A program made the position numbers and the translations under genes. A stretch of DNA of 63,621 bases, counting the filler, from Rhabdomonas costata (Eukaryota), in the NCBI GenBank assembly GCA_019059605.1. It is 20 parts of 20 records of this genome, joined end to end, with 100 filler letters (N's around TTAATTAATTAA, not from the genome) between each part and the next. Parts side by side here need not be neighbours in the genome. Positions count along the whole stretch, not along the records: positions 38,259 to 41,343 come from JAHMHO010001408.1; positions 41,444 to 44,528 come from JAHMHO010001409.1; positions 44,629 to 47,711 come from JAHMHO010001410.1; positions 47,812 to 50,895 come from JAHMHO010001411.1; positions 50,996 to 54,080 come from JAHMHO010001412.1; 15 more parts are not named here. One strand, 5' to 3'. Positions 38,976 through 51,331 of the stretch are shown here, in pieces. Within the stretch, counting starts at the first letter, position 1; each line of letters begins with the position of its first letter. Below the pieces are notes generated by a model. It saw nothing but the letters and a program-made list of their open reading frames with translations, did no database searches and was not told the origin of the DNA.

Positions 38976-40526
38976 ATGCTCCAAAACATGGGCAGCGTTG
39001 CGGCCGTGGCGGTGTTGATGGGGTTGGGTCTTCTGGGCGACACTTCTGCCGCGCTGATCCGCGGGGGGGAACAGCTCCTGCCTGCTGCGAAGCCTCGCCA
39101 CACCCCGTCTGCCTTCGTGCAAGCGAGCTGCGTGCCGGATCCCAATTTTGTGAGGTAATCGCGCAACCCCTCCTTGGACCCGCGACCCAGCGCCCCCCCC
39201 CCCGATGCAGACGCACGCTTTTGGGGATGCATGTGGGATGTGTTTACGAAAAAGCAGAGAAGCAGAGCAACCTCAACAGAGGCCGACAACCTGCAGCAGA
39301 AATACAACGATTCAGTTGTGCAATAGGAGGGAGCAAATGCAGATTGATGTGCTTGTTCAGCAGCGCGTGCAGGTAAGGTTGCTGCCTGTTCAGACATCCG
39401 AAGGAAAAGCTCAAGGGGAGAAGGCCCCAGAACCCCCAACAAAGAAGGAATGCAGAGCCTCGGTGACCGGAGCAACAATGGAGCAGCGCGGGTAGCGGAT
39501 GGAAAAAACGATTGTAAAAAGTAGCAGCGCAACAAAGGCCCGAGACTCGTGGGGCAGAAGAGAGGATACCGCACCTGTAAGGTTCGACGGTGAGCCCGTA
39601 CCTCATGGCACCGTTCGCTCCCAAAGTACCTCTCGCAAGCACCCGTGGCCAACAGCGCAGCGCGCGTGTGCCCGTCAGTCCGCAGTGGTCACCAACTGTC
39701 CACCAGGCAACTCCTACCGCGCAGTGCACACAACACACACAAGACACACACAAAAATAATCCCGAAACAAGCGCCGGTGGTTTCAAGATCGCTTTTTTGC
39801 CCATGCCCCGTTTTTAGTCCAGATCCTCATCTTGTCACACTCTTACACATAGCTTGTAGTGGGCTTCGCGTACCCAGTGTTGATTTCAGGGGAAAGTAAG
39901 CGTGCTTAGGAAAGGCGGCCTGGGGGGAACATGGAATAACCTGTGAAGCTTGTGCATTTCGGCTCAAGGGTAGATGTTGATTTTGAAATCAGCTCAAGCA
40001 AGTTCCCGTTATTTATTTGTGTATAAAATTGTAAAATGTTCTGCACAGTAGAGGTCCAGCGGATTAGTGGGTCCCGCCCTCGCTCTCAGCTTCATGGCGG
40101 TGCACTACGCATGGCAACACCCGGTGGTGAACTACCACGAGGACTGCACCACCGTGAGCAACGCGCCGTGCCTGTCTGACCGGAGCTACGGCTGCTCACT
40201 GTACCAGATGGTCAAGGACATTTGTGCCAACGTGAAGGAGCAGCAGCCGCGCTGCCACACGAAGAGCTTCGTGTACTCGGACGGGTTCGCGCCTGGCCAC
40301 CATGTCGTGGGGATCCCCTTCGACCCCATCCGGGGCATGGAGGACATCGAGCACAACGTCAAGCACAACGCGGAGATCTCGGCGGGGTTCTTTCAGACGA
40401 TGTGGCAGGAGCTGGTGGCCGGGACGGCGGGCACGGACCTGAAGCAGGGCTTCTCCGCGGACAAGGGCGGCATTGTGATCAACCCCCCGGCCCACCGCGA
40501 GTACCACCAGATGCACTTCCACGGGG
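38976..40526 (+). CDS. Secreted CDP-diacylglycerol pyrophosphatase (Cdh)-like HIT-family hydrolase, 5' part
   Basis: Exon 38976-39154 (hydrophobic signal-like MGSVAAVAVLMGLGLLGDTSAA) splices in phase (AG|C) to exon 40090-40526. Motifs SLYQMVKDIC, IPFDPIRGMED, FFQTMWQ and IVINPPAHREYHQMHFHG parallel the Cdh motifs ALWKIV..QC, IPT.RI.GIES, YF..AWQ and LAINS..GR.Q.QLHIHI. Confidence 0.7.
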
Positions 40527-42369
40527 GTGTGGACTGTACTGTTTTTCTAATTATCGCCGTTTTGGGGGTTCTACCACGTTTTTCTACCATGTGGGCTTAT
40601 CTAGCCTCTTCAGCTGGAACCTCAGCAATTGGGGTGTTTGTGAGCCTTTTTATCCTTTACACCGGTGCACCAGCACTGATTTGTAGTTTTGTTATGGGCC
40701 ATGTGGGGGGGGGGATGAAGAAAACGAAACTGGGACATCAATTTTTCATATTTCCGGGAAGTGATTTTCAAAGCACGAGGGCCAGGCAAAGCTTTGTGCA
40801 CCCACTAGATCGTGTTATTTTTCCGAAGGGTGGTTAGACATGCTGTTGCACTGCCCCCCTTAAAGCCGATTTCTTAAGTGTAAAAAGTTTCGACCGTTTA
40901 ACGGCGTTATATTTTTAACACCCAGCCCCCCTCCCACACACACAAAAATACAACAGCCCCGTGTAACTTGGTTGGGTTTTGCCCATTTCTTTAACTATCT
41001 CGCTGATTGCTTCCCCCCGGATTCCTTGCTGAGCTTGTTTTAGGGGAGGAGGTCAATGCCACTGGGCAGGAGCGGGTGGCTGAGGCTTGGAAGGCTGCTT
41101 GAGGGTGGGGGATTGGGGCCTTACGTGACGACACACGACAAAACATTCCAGGTTTGGGAGGGACCTGGACTGGAGTAACGGAGCCCTGACCACTCTGTTC
41201 CCAATTCGCCGAATGATGACGTTATTCCGTTTAGTGTTGTCATACTGTTGAACACTTCGTTTCCCCAGACCTGTTTGTGGCCCCCTTTTACCGTGCTTAC
41301 TTACGTGCATAATGCGGGCGAGAGAGGGTTATGACAACCAACCNNNNNNNNNNNNNNNNNNNNNNNNNNNNNNNNNNNNNNNNNNNNTTAATTAATTAAN
41401 NNNNNNNNNNNNNNNNNNNNNNNNNNNNNNNNNNNNNNNNNNNTGTGGTGTGTTTGGGGGGTTGTGGTGCGGAAAGTGGTCCCAGGGTCCCGTGTGTATG
41501 GCAGAGGGACCGTTGACAACTCGCCGCCCAAAGAGCAAAAATGTGGCTATCAGAACAGTGGTCTGCAGCAGCGGAAAGCTGCTACATGTCAAGCAGATGG
41601 CCATCTAGTTGGCACGGAAAGAACAGATAATATTGGCGCTGCCCAAAAGGGGAACCAGGCGTCGGACAGCAAAAAAAAGGTTGGGCAGCTCATACCTCCA
41701 AACCTCCAAATACAGAGTGAGGCGCGAAGAAAGGTGCACACGACCGATGTCATGGTGTTTCGAGCTTCGACACAAGCAATCCTTCGGAGCATCCAGGATG
41801 CATGTTACCATGTATTTTGGATATGTTAAGAGGAAATACGGTAAGGTTGATAGGTTGATAGTTGCGGTTCTTTTAGTGGAAAATATCCCGGAAAACTCTA
41901 TATGCAGCGGCAGCGGTAGCGTTGTTATCCTTCAATGGCTACCCTACGATCACAATTTTGGTACGTTATTTCTCCAGACCCGAAGCAAAAAAAAGTACCA
42001 CTTTCATCACGACTTGTGAGGACCCGACGCAATTTTTTTCGCATCCCGAACGAGCACACTTGCACGCTAAATTCTGGGACAGTCGTCCAACATTTCGGGG
42101 GCTTCACATAATGTGAGATACAGAGCAAGACAATTATCCCCCCGAAGTGTGGTCAACTCACCATTGGAAAAATATTGCACCACACAGTCGAATGAGAGGA
42201 TAGAAGGCTCCTCAACTTCGGGCATAGAAGACCCTGATGGAGACGACACACCTGTTTCAGGCTTTGAAATGAACAGTACCTCAATCACACCGAAGGTCAA
42301 CCCAAAGTTAATCGCTGCGCTGACACGGGTTCCACGTGACAGCAAAGCTTGTCCAAGACACGCGCACGC

Positions 42370-43992
42370 CCTCTACGGCTCTGGCAGAGGGTCATGCACG
42401 TGGGACAGATAGTCCTTCTGGTTCAGCTGAGGCTCCCGCGCCACTCGCTTGCAGAACGTTGTGTTGTAAGGGGAGTACGTGGGCGGGGGGACGCTCGAGG
42501 GGTCAGCGGCCCAGTCCAGCAGCCGTGGGTCTCGGAGTAGCTCCCACACCAGGCCGCCGAAAATGTAGCGAGCTATAAAATCAAGCAAGCCAAACAAATC
42601 AATTCCGGGTGCAGCTGTGATATTAAAACAACATGGGGGATTGCACCCGCCCATTTCTTATCGTTTGTTTATGAGCAACTCCTAAATACCCCGGGAGACC
42701 TATATCCGAATCCTTGAGGGGGGGCATCAGGTGCCCCCCATGACTGAATCTGTCGCACCCTCTTTGTATTGCGGTGGTTGCGGATCCAGCGTTTCATTTT
42801 CCCTCCAGCAAAGGAATCAAACCGCAAAAAGAACCATCGTCAGCCTCCCCAACTACTACTACAACTACACAAACTTTTGGCAGTGGCTGTTGAAAAGGTA
42901 GTGGTGGGTCGGGGTGCAATTGTCCCTACCCTGCCCTGACCTATACCGTGTCGGGCCTATGAGAAACCCTCATTCCCTCATTAAACCTGTCCTAGCCATC
43001 CGCCCAATAGTGGCAATAAGAGCAGCTGTCAGTGGTCACCCAGAGTGATCACTGCGGCCCAGTGTGACTGAACACTACTGGGATGCAAGCTTCAACCAAC
43101 CTCGGCAACCTCATCCATCAAGCGCTGGCACAGTTCACCTGTACATCATCTGATTCAAAACCGTGGTTCATCGGGTACAAAAGCAAACGACATCCTTTTG
43201 GCCACATACTTGTCGAGTCCCCGATGAGGTAGATTTCCTTCAGCGGCTTCGGGCTGGCCCCGGGCGCCCCACCCTTTCCCCAGGCCTCCCCGCGGCAGCA
43301 CTGCAGCAGCGGCCGGAACACCGAGCGCAGCATCAGGGAGACGCAGTGCACGGCGGGGTGCAGGCAGTCGTAGTACTCGCAGCACGGCAGCAGGGAGAAC
43401 CCAAACGCGGGCAGCATCTCCACTCCGGGGGTGCTGCCCACGCTGCGCCATTCCAACCAAAAAAGAGTGTGTGTTGGGGAGTCTCCATAGAGTGCATGCT
43501 AATTCCAATTGTGCAGAGCCCAACTCACATAGTCCCGTTACCCATCCCATCCTGCCATCGCCTCAAAGCACATCAGCTCATTCTGGGAATTTTGTACGGT
43601 GCATGCTATCTCAGAAGTTGCAGCGCTCTGTCAGTGAACTGATCCTTTTTCGGTGTCCTCCCAAAAACTTCACATCCAGAGTTTTGGGAAGTGTTTTTTC
43701 AAGGGGATTTACTGATTTACTTCAAAATGAACTGTCCCACAGTTTTGCCACAGATTAGCTTTTTCCGAGGGCGAGCACAGTTTTTTGTTTTGAGCGGAGA
43801 AAATAGAAACCCTGCTCATGGATCCAACAGCGCCCACATACAGGTTCCACATCTCACGGTTCATCTTCAGCGCGTTGCGGTTGGTAGGTGTGTTGTCAAA
43901 GTTGGAAGGGGTGATGCTAAACCGCATCGCGAAGAACTCCCGGAAGAACACCGTGCAGGGAGGAACCTTCTCCAGAATCGGTTGGACAGCCT
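42370..43992 (-). CDS. PC-esterase/TBL-like SGNH protein with tandem domains, internal exons
   Basis: Exons 43992-43842, 43442-43210 and 42572-~42370 in phase: TVFFRE...NREMWNL|VG...DCLHP (end of one domain), then IYLIGDST|TRYIFGGL (start of the next). Confidence 0.65.
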
Positions 43993-45409
43993 CTGTGGGA
44001 AAAAAAGCGAACTCACTGCCATGGCTTCCCACTCTTCTGCCTCTTCGTCTTTCAGTCAGATCAAAGGGAATATGGATTTCCGCCTTCGTGTCGTTTCCAT
44101 GCAAGAGGAAGCTCAACGGAATGCAGTTTGATGCGTTTCAGGAAGGAAAAAGGGGGTTCCCATCGAAAAAAAACGACTTACATATCGCCGAAAAAATCAA
44201 AGCTACATCACTGAACAAAACATTACAACTAAACGCACGGAGTAGATTCAAAACTTCAATCCAAAATACACCAAAACGACAAAGAAGTTGAAGAAAAGCT
44301 CTGTTTTGCAATAAATCGAAAAGTTTGCCACGAACATGAACTCCACAGCGGTCCGACAAAAGCGGTTTCGCCACATTAATGACCAATCAATCACTACTTC
44401 CATATTTCCCCCCGAATATTCGATGTTTTCGGAAAAAATAGCTGCGCCTTTCTCTCTTGCAAACCCGACCCGTGGTACTTCCGTGCCGGCTCCAGAACTT
44501 TCCATCAAACGCAACACAAGCAACACCANNNNNNNNNNNNNNNNNNNNNNNNNNNNNNNNNNNNNNNNNNNNTTAATTAATTAANNNNNNNNNNNNNNNN
44601 NNNNNNNNNNNNNNNNNNNNNNNNNNNNAGGGAGCGTCAGTGCTGCTTTTCTCGGAACACTGATGCAGAAGCACTTTCATGCGGGACGAAACTGGATAAA
44701 GACCGTGCCTGGTGAGTCTTGATCCATCGCCCCAGCGGGAAGGTCAAATATACTTAAGGTACATTATATGGTTGGATATACCTCGGAACCCTTGGTCACG
44801 CGTCATAGAAATTGCATGGGGAAGCCCCTCGGCCTTTTCCAGTACTCCCAGGACTTCCCTGACAAACTCGCAACGCTTAATTTTGAGTTTCGGGTTTCGG
44901 GTTACCATATCTTCTCGGTTTCTTTTTGGCAGCCACTCATATGTGTTCACGGACCGACCGACTGGGAAAATGGCTGCAATGCACCACTGTCCAAGCGCTT
45001 CATTGCAATGCATGTGACGTTGTTATAGGCGCACGCCCCCCCCCTCCCCCTCCCCAAAGCTTGGGTTAAGTTAAGCAGTCTTTTGTGGGATCGCTTACAG
45101 GTGATGCCCCTTTGCTCCCTTTTGGTATCCCATGTCACGTTTGCGTTACCTACGGCGCCACAGGACCCGTCGTGTGGTGAGGGTGGGGAGGGATTTTTCA
45201 TTTCTTTCGTTTCAGAGCATTCTCTGTACTGCTATACATTCCCGCCCTTCAAGCAATACGCTTCGCTGCAGTGATGGGAACGTGCTTCCACGGTTCGACG
45301 CGCAGGGTAGCATCGCCAACCTTGTGCTTCCCTTGTTCTCGCTGCTGTTTATGGTTGGGCTTGGCTTGGCCCGTTCAGTTGGGCAACCGCAGAGGCCTTC
45401 GGTGGGCAG

Positions 45410-46887
45410 GTCTCCCACAATGCGGCCCTCCAGAGCCAGGCCAATTCACAGCCGAACCCAGGGCTGACCCCGGAGGCATTTATGAAATACCTCCGCCGGA
45501 TCAACTATAACCCTCGGATGCCTCGTGTGTTCGCCCACAACCCCATGTGAACACTTCTTGTAGAGCGCAAAACCTTCGCCATTAGCCGGTATGATCGCGT
45601 TGAAGATTGAACCTGCTCCCAGATGGTCAGAGTAGGATTGGGAACTGGCAGGATGGTAGTGTGCCTCTCACGACCCTGAATTTTTGGGGGCCCAACACTT
45701 ACCGGTGAGCGAAGGGCGGGGGCGGGTATCGAGATACAGAAATATTGTACATTGTAAGCCCCTTCTATTTCGAGTTTGGTCGTTCTTCGTTTGCTGGAAT
45801 CCGTGTTTTTTGAGTTTTTTGTACTTTGTACGAGTGCACCATGGAGATATGCTGAATGCTGAGCCCAGCCCTTGGTTCAGCCGTAGGTGCCGCTGGGGCG
45901 GCCTTACGCTGGGCGTAGTTTCAGTCCTTGTGTGTAAGATGCACGCAAAGTGAAGCATGTTCAAAGAAAACTTTTTTGAAAAGTCGTTGTTTCTTTTTTT
46001 TTGCGAAAGTTTGATTGATTGATTGATAAAAAAGACCACCTTGATTTTGATGTTCTGTTCATAAATCCTGATGGAACGGCGTAGAAAAGCGTTGGATGAG
46101 GACAACCCCTTACGCGGAACTGCGGTTATACACCTCGTGCATGACGAGGTCGACCTTTCTTGTGTTGTCTCAACTTAACCCGACTCAAATTGCCCTACAG
46201 TGAATTGGTGAAAAGCAAAAGCCGTTCTTTCATGCTGAAGAGTTTTGCACTCGAAACCGACCTGGCACTCATTTTTCATTTTTTTTCATTCCTCATTTCG
46301 ATCTGCAATGTAATTAATTAATGTAATTACCTCTTCCATGCAATGACTTGTGTAGCGTGCATCATTGATTGACAACACAGCGGTTGTTTCCATTTTGGCG
46401 TTAGTGAAAGTTTGTGAAGGCAGTAAAGAAGTGAAACTTTGATGAAGGAGGTGCGGATTACGCTTTGCGCTAGAGGACTGACTTCACGAGAGCAGCGTTT
46501 AGTTTTCACATGGCTGTGGTGTCATTGCATCCTCGCTCCCCTCCCCACTCCGCACACAACCGCCCCCAGGCATTAAGTCATATATAATGCGCCTTTCCAC
46601 ACTTTTCAGCCAAACAGCTGCACCTTGGCAACGGCTCCATTTTGATGGAGATCGCCCTGAGGCGGGTGTCGAGCCTGCAGCAATCCAACCAGCAGTTCAA
46701 CGTGGACATGGACATCATGGTCTACTGGCATGACCAGGAGCTGGTGGATGTTCCGAAATTTCTTGAGGAAACTGGGGTGAACCTGCTCAATTTCAGCGAG
46801 GTTCCGGTTATTGAGCTTGGCATGGCCATGCCCCACGTGGTGTGGTATCCTACTCTGATCTTCCCAACGATCAAGCAGATCTCAATG
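45410..46887 (+). CDS. Pentameric ligand-gated ion channel (Cys/Pro-loop) extracellular-domain exons
   Basis: Exon ending at 45524 (FMKYLRRINYNPRMP) splices in phase to exon 46610-46887 (PKQLHLGNGSILMEIALRRVSSLQQSNQQFNVDMDIMVYWHDQEL...VWYPTLIFP). This matches the Y...RP, F..D......W.D..L and W.P.L.F motifs. The 5' boundary is uncertain. Confidence 0.72.
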
Positions 46888-47278
46888 GTACGCCTGGTAT
46901 TCCTTTTCACACCTAAGATCAAAGCATGTCGTCACTCATCCATCTCATTTTACATTCTCAGCCCTTCTGAACGATATTAGCAAATCATTAAAAGAAAAGA
47001 GTAACGCAGGAAGGAGCCAAGAAATATGTGAAGCTTTTTGTCGCAGCATTGAGACCGAGGGGGAGAGGAGTTTATTATCAGAAAGTTCCCGAAAATTACC
47101 TCCTGAGTTGTGGGTTGCAGCGCTGGAGAAGCTCTTGTATGCTGCAAGATCACACCGATCCGCTGCTCTCCTCACTTTTGCCCTTATCATTCGAATAACT
47201 GGTTTTTCACAGAAAATTAAATATTATTATTATATAAAGTTTTGGCGATATGGCATTGTGGGGAACCCCCTCTATCAA

Positions 47279-47388
47279 GTGTATTTTTGGGACCCCCCCC
47301 CCGTGTTTTCGGTGTATTTTACGGACCCAATTTTCCCAGACAGGACCGTCCATCCGCCCGTTGGGGATCAGGTGTATTTTACGGACCC
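47279..47388 (+). repeat. Three spaced copies of an 18-bp motif GTGTATTTT(ac/tg)GGACCC
   Basis: Copies near 47281, 47312 and 47372, in the intron downstream of the channel exon. Confidence 0.7.
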
Positions 47389-48807
47389 TCGCGATCCAAC
47401 AAGACGGCAAGCAAAGAAACAACGACAGCGCTCCACAGCAGTCTTTCAAAAGGTCCCCAGGACTGTTCAGGCATCTCAGAGAATATATAAAGCAGCCAAC
47501 GAGGGAAGTACACAGTAAACAACACAGACGCTACATCCTTACATCCTGATGACATTGTTTTCTTCCTGGTACCGCAGCACCCCAACAAACGCTTTTTTGT
47601 CCTGCCCCGGTATCCACGTCTTCCACTGATACTCCCTCAGGTAATCAGGCAAGTACTCGTGTGGCACTCCCCTCATGCCCCCCATCCACTGCTTTATATT
47701 CCACCAAAACANNNNNNNNNNNNNNNNNNNNNNNNNNNNNNNNNNNNNNNNNNNNTTAATTAATTAANNNNNNNNNNNNNNNNNNNNNNNNNNNNNNNNN
47801 NNNNNNNNNNNTTTCCACCAGTTTTTCAATGCTGGTAGGAAATGGGTTGTTCAGAAAGGTGTCGTTTGCCAATGTAATAGGTTTTAACAGGTTTTATCAG
47901 GGACGGGCTTTGCGCAGGGCCCCCCCCGCCGCGATCACCGGGAAGGCACACCCGGATATGCCCGTATCTTTTTCGGGATGGGCTCATCGGTAGCCCGGTG
48001 ATCGGCAGTGCCCACGCCCGCGGAAGTGACGCCAGAATTGTTGGATAATATTATTTGCGTTGTTCCGTTGAAAGCCGTGCGCCCGCAGAGTGCGATGCTG
48101 CCGGCATAGCTGCCATTCACCCAGTTCCATGTACAGACTCAATGGCAGTCGCATCAGCAAAGTTTGACTTCGGCGCAAGTTGCGTGAAAAAGATTCGGAG
48201 ATCCCACATTAAACTGGGAACATTGCGCACTTTATGCCGCTGTAACCGAATGCCAGGATGGCAACAATCGGAAGCTTTACAACGCCATCGACATCCAAGA
48301 TGCCATCGGTTACACAAAGATCTTGAAGTCGTTCCCGGAGTTCCTCAGCCACACAGCTGGGTAACCACTTTTGGTGGAGAAGGCGCCTTGGAGCATGAAG
48401 GGCGATTGGCAGAAATTCCCTTTGGTAATCCAGACCAAGACGTGCCACCAAACACAAATCTACACTGAAATGATGGGGATCAAAGCACATGATCAAAGCA
48501 CTGGACCACTACCTCAATCGCAAGGTGGTGAAAGACAACAAGTCAGTCAGCTCGGAAAAGTACATTGCATCTCCATGTCTCAGCGCGCAGGCACTCATTT
48601 TGTGACGCCCACAGCAGCACATCCATTGCATGGACATGATGCTGCACCATGACATTTTCAGGTCGACACGTTGACCAGAAGTTTGGCGGTAGCCGTTCCC
48701 CTTGCCATTCGTTCGCGCCAGTTAACAGTGCACACCTAAAGCATGAGTATCGATGTCTCAGCAAGGGACGTAACAGGAAACGTGAAGAGCTTGTACCCAG
48801 CTCTGTA

Positions 48808-48851
48808 ATCTGCAATATCTGCAATCTGCAATCTGCAATCTGCAATATGCA
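48808..48851 (+). repeat. (ATCTGCA)n heptamer tandem repeat
   Basis: atctgcaatatctgcaatctgcaatctgcaatctgcaatatgc. Confidence 0.85.
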
Positions 48852-49134
48852 GCATCTTCGCGCTACTCTACAAATTTCAATGCAATGACCTTTCATAAAG
48901 AACCTATAACACTGTATGATCGATTTACGGTTGTTTGGAAAGTAACTATCTGCCATCCGCAGCTTCTGCGTTTACCGTTGAAAATCTTCCTCATCATCTA
49001 GCACTGGTACGTCATTGGATGTGCCATCGACATCTCCATCTGTTCCACATCCTCCGCCACCTCCTCCATTGTCATACTCATCAGAAAACATTCAGAATGT
49101 ATAAGCACTCTCTTTTTGTAGAAATCATGTCAGT

Positions 49135-50030
49135 TTCATGAAAACAGGATGAGCTTTTTCTCTAATTTCGTTCAGAATATCTAGCGGTACAACGGCATCA
49201 TGGTACCATTGCATTTGACGTCAGCGATCCCTTTGGGAATTCAAGATTCCCTGGATAAGCCTCCTTTGACTGATCAGAACATATTATCACGCACAAGATT
49301 ATGGTAAGAACTCTTCATATTCAAATAATTCCTGGTCATATCCTGTTATTTTTGAAACGACTCGTGAACTGCACTCCACTCTTACCTCTCTGACCACTCT
49401 GACTAAATGACAATACACATTGCCTTTCCACAAGATTTCTCTTCAGTCTCTGAAATTCCCCCAAAAACACAGGATGGTAGCAAAAGTTCAAGTTGAAGTT
49501 ACTACACTATGCGCTGCTTTTGGAGCGCTGTTGTTTGCTATATCTGCAAGCTCTACCAAGTTTTTCCATTTAAATCCACTTAACTTCTTGCCTAGTCAGT
49601 AAACAAAGTCAGCAAAAATTTCCTCTACGTTTGTCTTTGTGTAATACGGCGACCATACTTTGAGCTGAAAATCCAGAAACTCAATCAGATCTTTCCAAAA
49701 CAACGAGATGAACATCGAGTCACGATAACTCACAATGGACCTTGGAAATAAGTCGTAATGCACCATCTACCACCGAAACAAGTCTGCAATCTGCGCTGCG
49801 TTCATGGTACTGTGACACGGAATCAAAACCACTATTTTCGCTCGGTATGTTATAGTAAGCACCTCATCCACATCTTGCTCTGCCATCACAACTGTGACTA
49901 CTGGTAACGAAAAGTCTACTGAACACCGATTGCCACTTTTGAACAGGATTTCTAAATTCTACAATTGTCCCCATCGGCAAGTGGTGGTGAGCATTTTGCT
50001 TCTAGAATATATTACAAATACGAACTTACG
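49135..50030 (-). mobile_element. Decayed Ty3/Gypsy LTR-retrotransposon integrase
   Basis: Manual minus-strand translation across stops and frameshifts: GQL*NLEI/PVQKWQSV/SVDF...DEVLTITYRAKIVVLIPCHSTMNAAQIADLFRW*MVHYDLFPRSIVSYRDSMFISLFWKDLIEFLDFQLKVWSPYYTKTN, and downstream LDIL...AHPVF. These match the Gypsy rve core (PKSIVSDRD.RFTS.FW...STAYHPQTDG) and the HPVFH motif. Confidence 0.85.
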
Positions 50031-50995
50031 ACCTCACTTTACTGTTTGTGTTGACATTAAACATCTTTTTCATCCTTTTACTGGTTAATTACCAATTACC
50101 GCCGGAGCAAATGGTGATACCAAAGAAGTCAAAGACACTGAAGTCCATTGTGTTTTCATTATTGTTTGCTTCCCTTGTTCGTTCTTTTGATACTTCTTTT
50201 TATGAGCGGAGGTAAATATTATTCAAATTTCTTCTTTTGCTTTTTTGATGTTGTTTTTGAAATAAAGTTTTTTAAAGGAACGCAGCAGCGACTCGGAAGG
50301 ACAAAACAATGGTGTGCAAGAATTACTGTTGTTGTTGGACCCCAGTGCTGCACATTGTGGGTGCAGCGGTGCTTTGCTTTTGAATTGCGGGAAAATGGCA
50401 GAGTAGGATAGACCACCACCATTTGGTCCAAATTGCAGAGCAGCAGGCAAGCAAACAAGGTATACAAGTAGGCAAGGGCACTGTAAACCGTATGAGGTCT
50501 TTCCTTTTCCTGTCGCAAGATCCAAAGTAATCCATGAGAAAGGTCCCGCGAAGCGAAAATAAGGGGCAAAGCGAGAGAGAGATAAACCCGGAGAATCCAC
50601 TCAGGTTGCGCAAATGTCAGACGCTACAGCGCCCACTGTGCAAAAGTACAGCCTGAAGCGTCTGCTTGCATGCCGCCCATGTGTCCCACAATTTGCATAT
50701 GCTTCGAAACACCCGGAAGTGCAACTCGATGTCAGATGTCAGACGGCGCGGTGGTATCGGACAATTTGCGTGGCTCCTGCGACCTCCCCACTCAATCGGC
50801 TCCCTCCGTGGTCCCTCCGGACAAATCTTTGCGATCGCGGCCATCCTATCTAGGTTAAAAGACGTCTAGACGACATATAGGTGAAAAAACCACAANNNNN
50901 NNNNNNNNNNNNNNNNNNNNNNNNNNNNNNNNNNNNNNNTTAATTAATTAANNNNNNNNNNNNNNNNNNNNNNNNNNNNNNNNNNNNNNNNNNNN

Positions 50996-51331
50996 ACGGG
51001 CGCGGTGTAGTCAGCTATGCGAACAGTGGCCCTGATACAAACGGCTCCCAGTTCTTCATTACTTACGCCAAGCAACCGCACCTGAACGGATTGAATACTA
51101 TATTCGGAAAGGTGTTCCCATTTCTTTTGCATGCACCGTGCGTTTTTTGTTTGAGTCCCTGTGATATGTTTGCTCTTACAGGTGATATCGGGATGGGAGA
51201 CTCTCGACGCCATGGAAAGGACTCCTGTGGATCCCAACGACTGCCCTTATCCTGACATCGTGATTAAATCGGTCACAATTCATGCCAATCCCATTGCCGA
51301 CCTGCACACCACCACTCTCGAGGGTCCTTAG
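50996..51331 (+). CDS. PPIL3: Cyclophilin PPIL3-like peptidyl-prolyl isomerase, 3' part
   Basis: Exons 50996-51111 and 51182-51331: [28 protein letters not shown]...FGK|VISG...VTIHANPIA, then TAG. Confidence 0.92.

Noticed and set aside
47900-48960. DIRS-like RNase H or gag next to the Gypsy relic (FADAT, CYRFFMKGHC)
   Set aside because: These are isolated short matches with no colinear supporting motifs.
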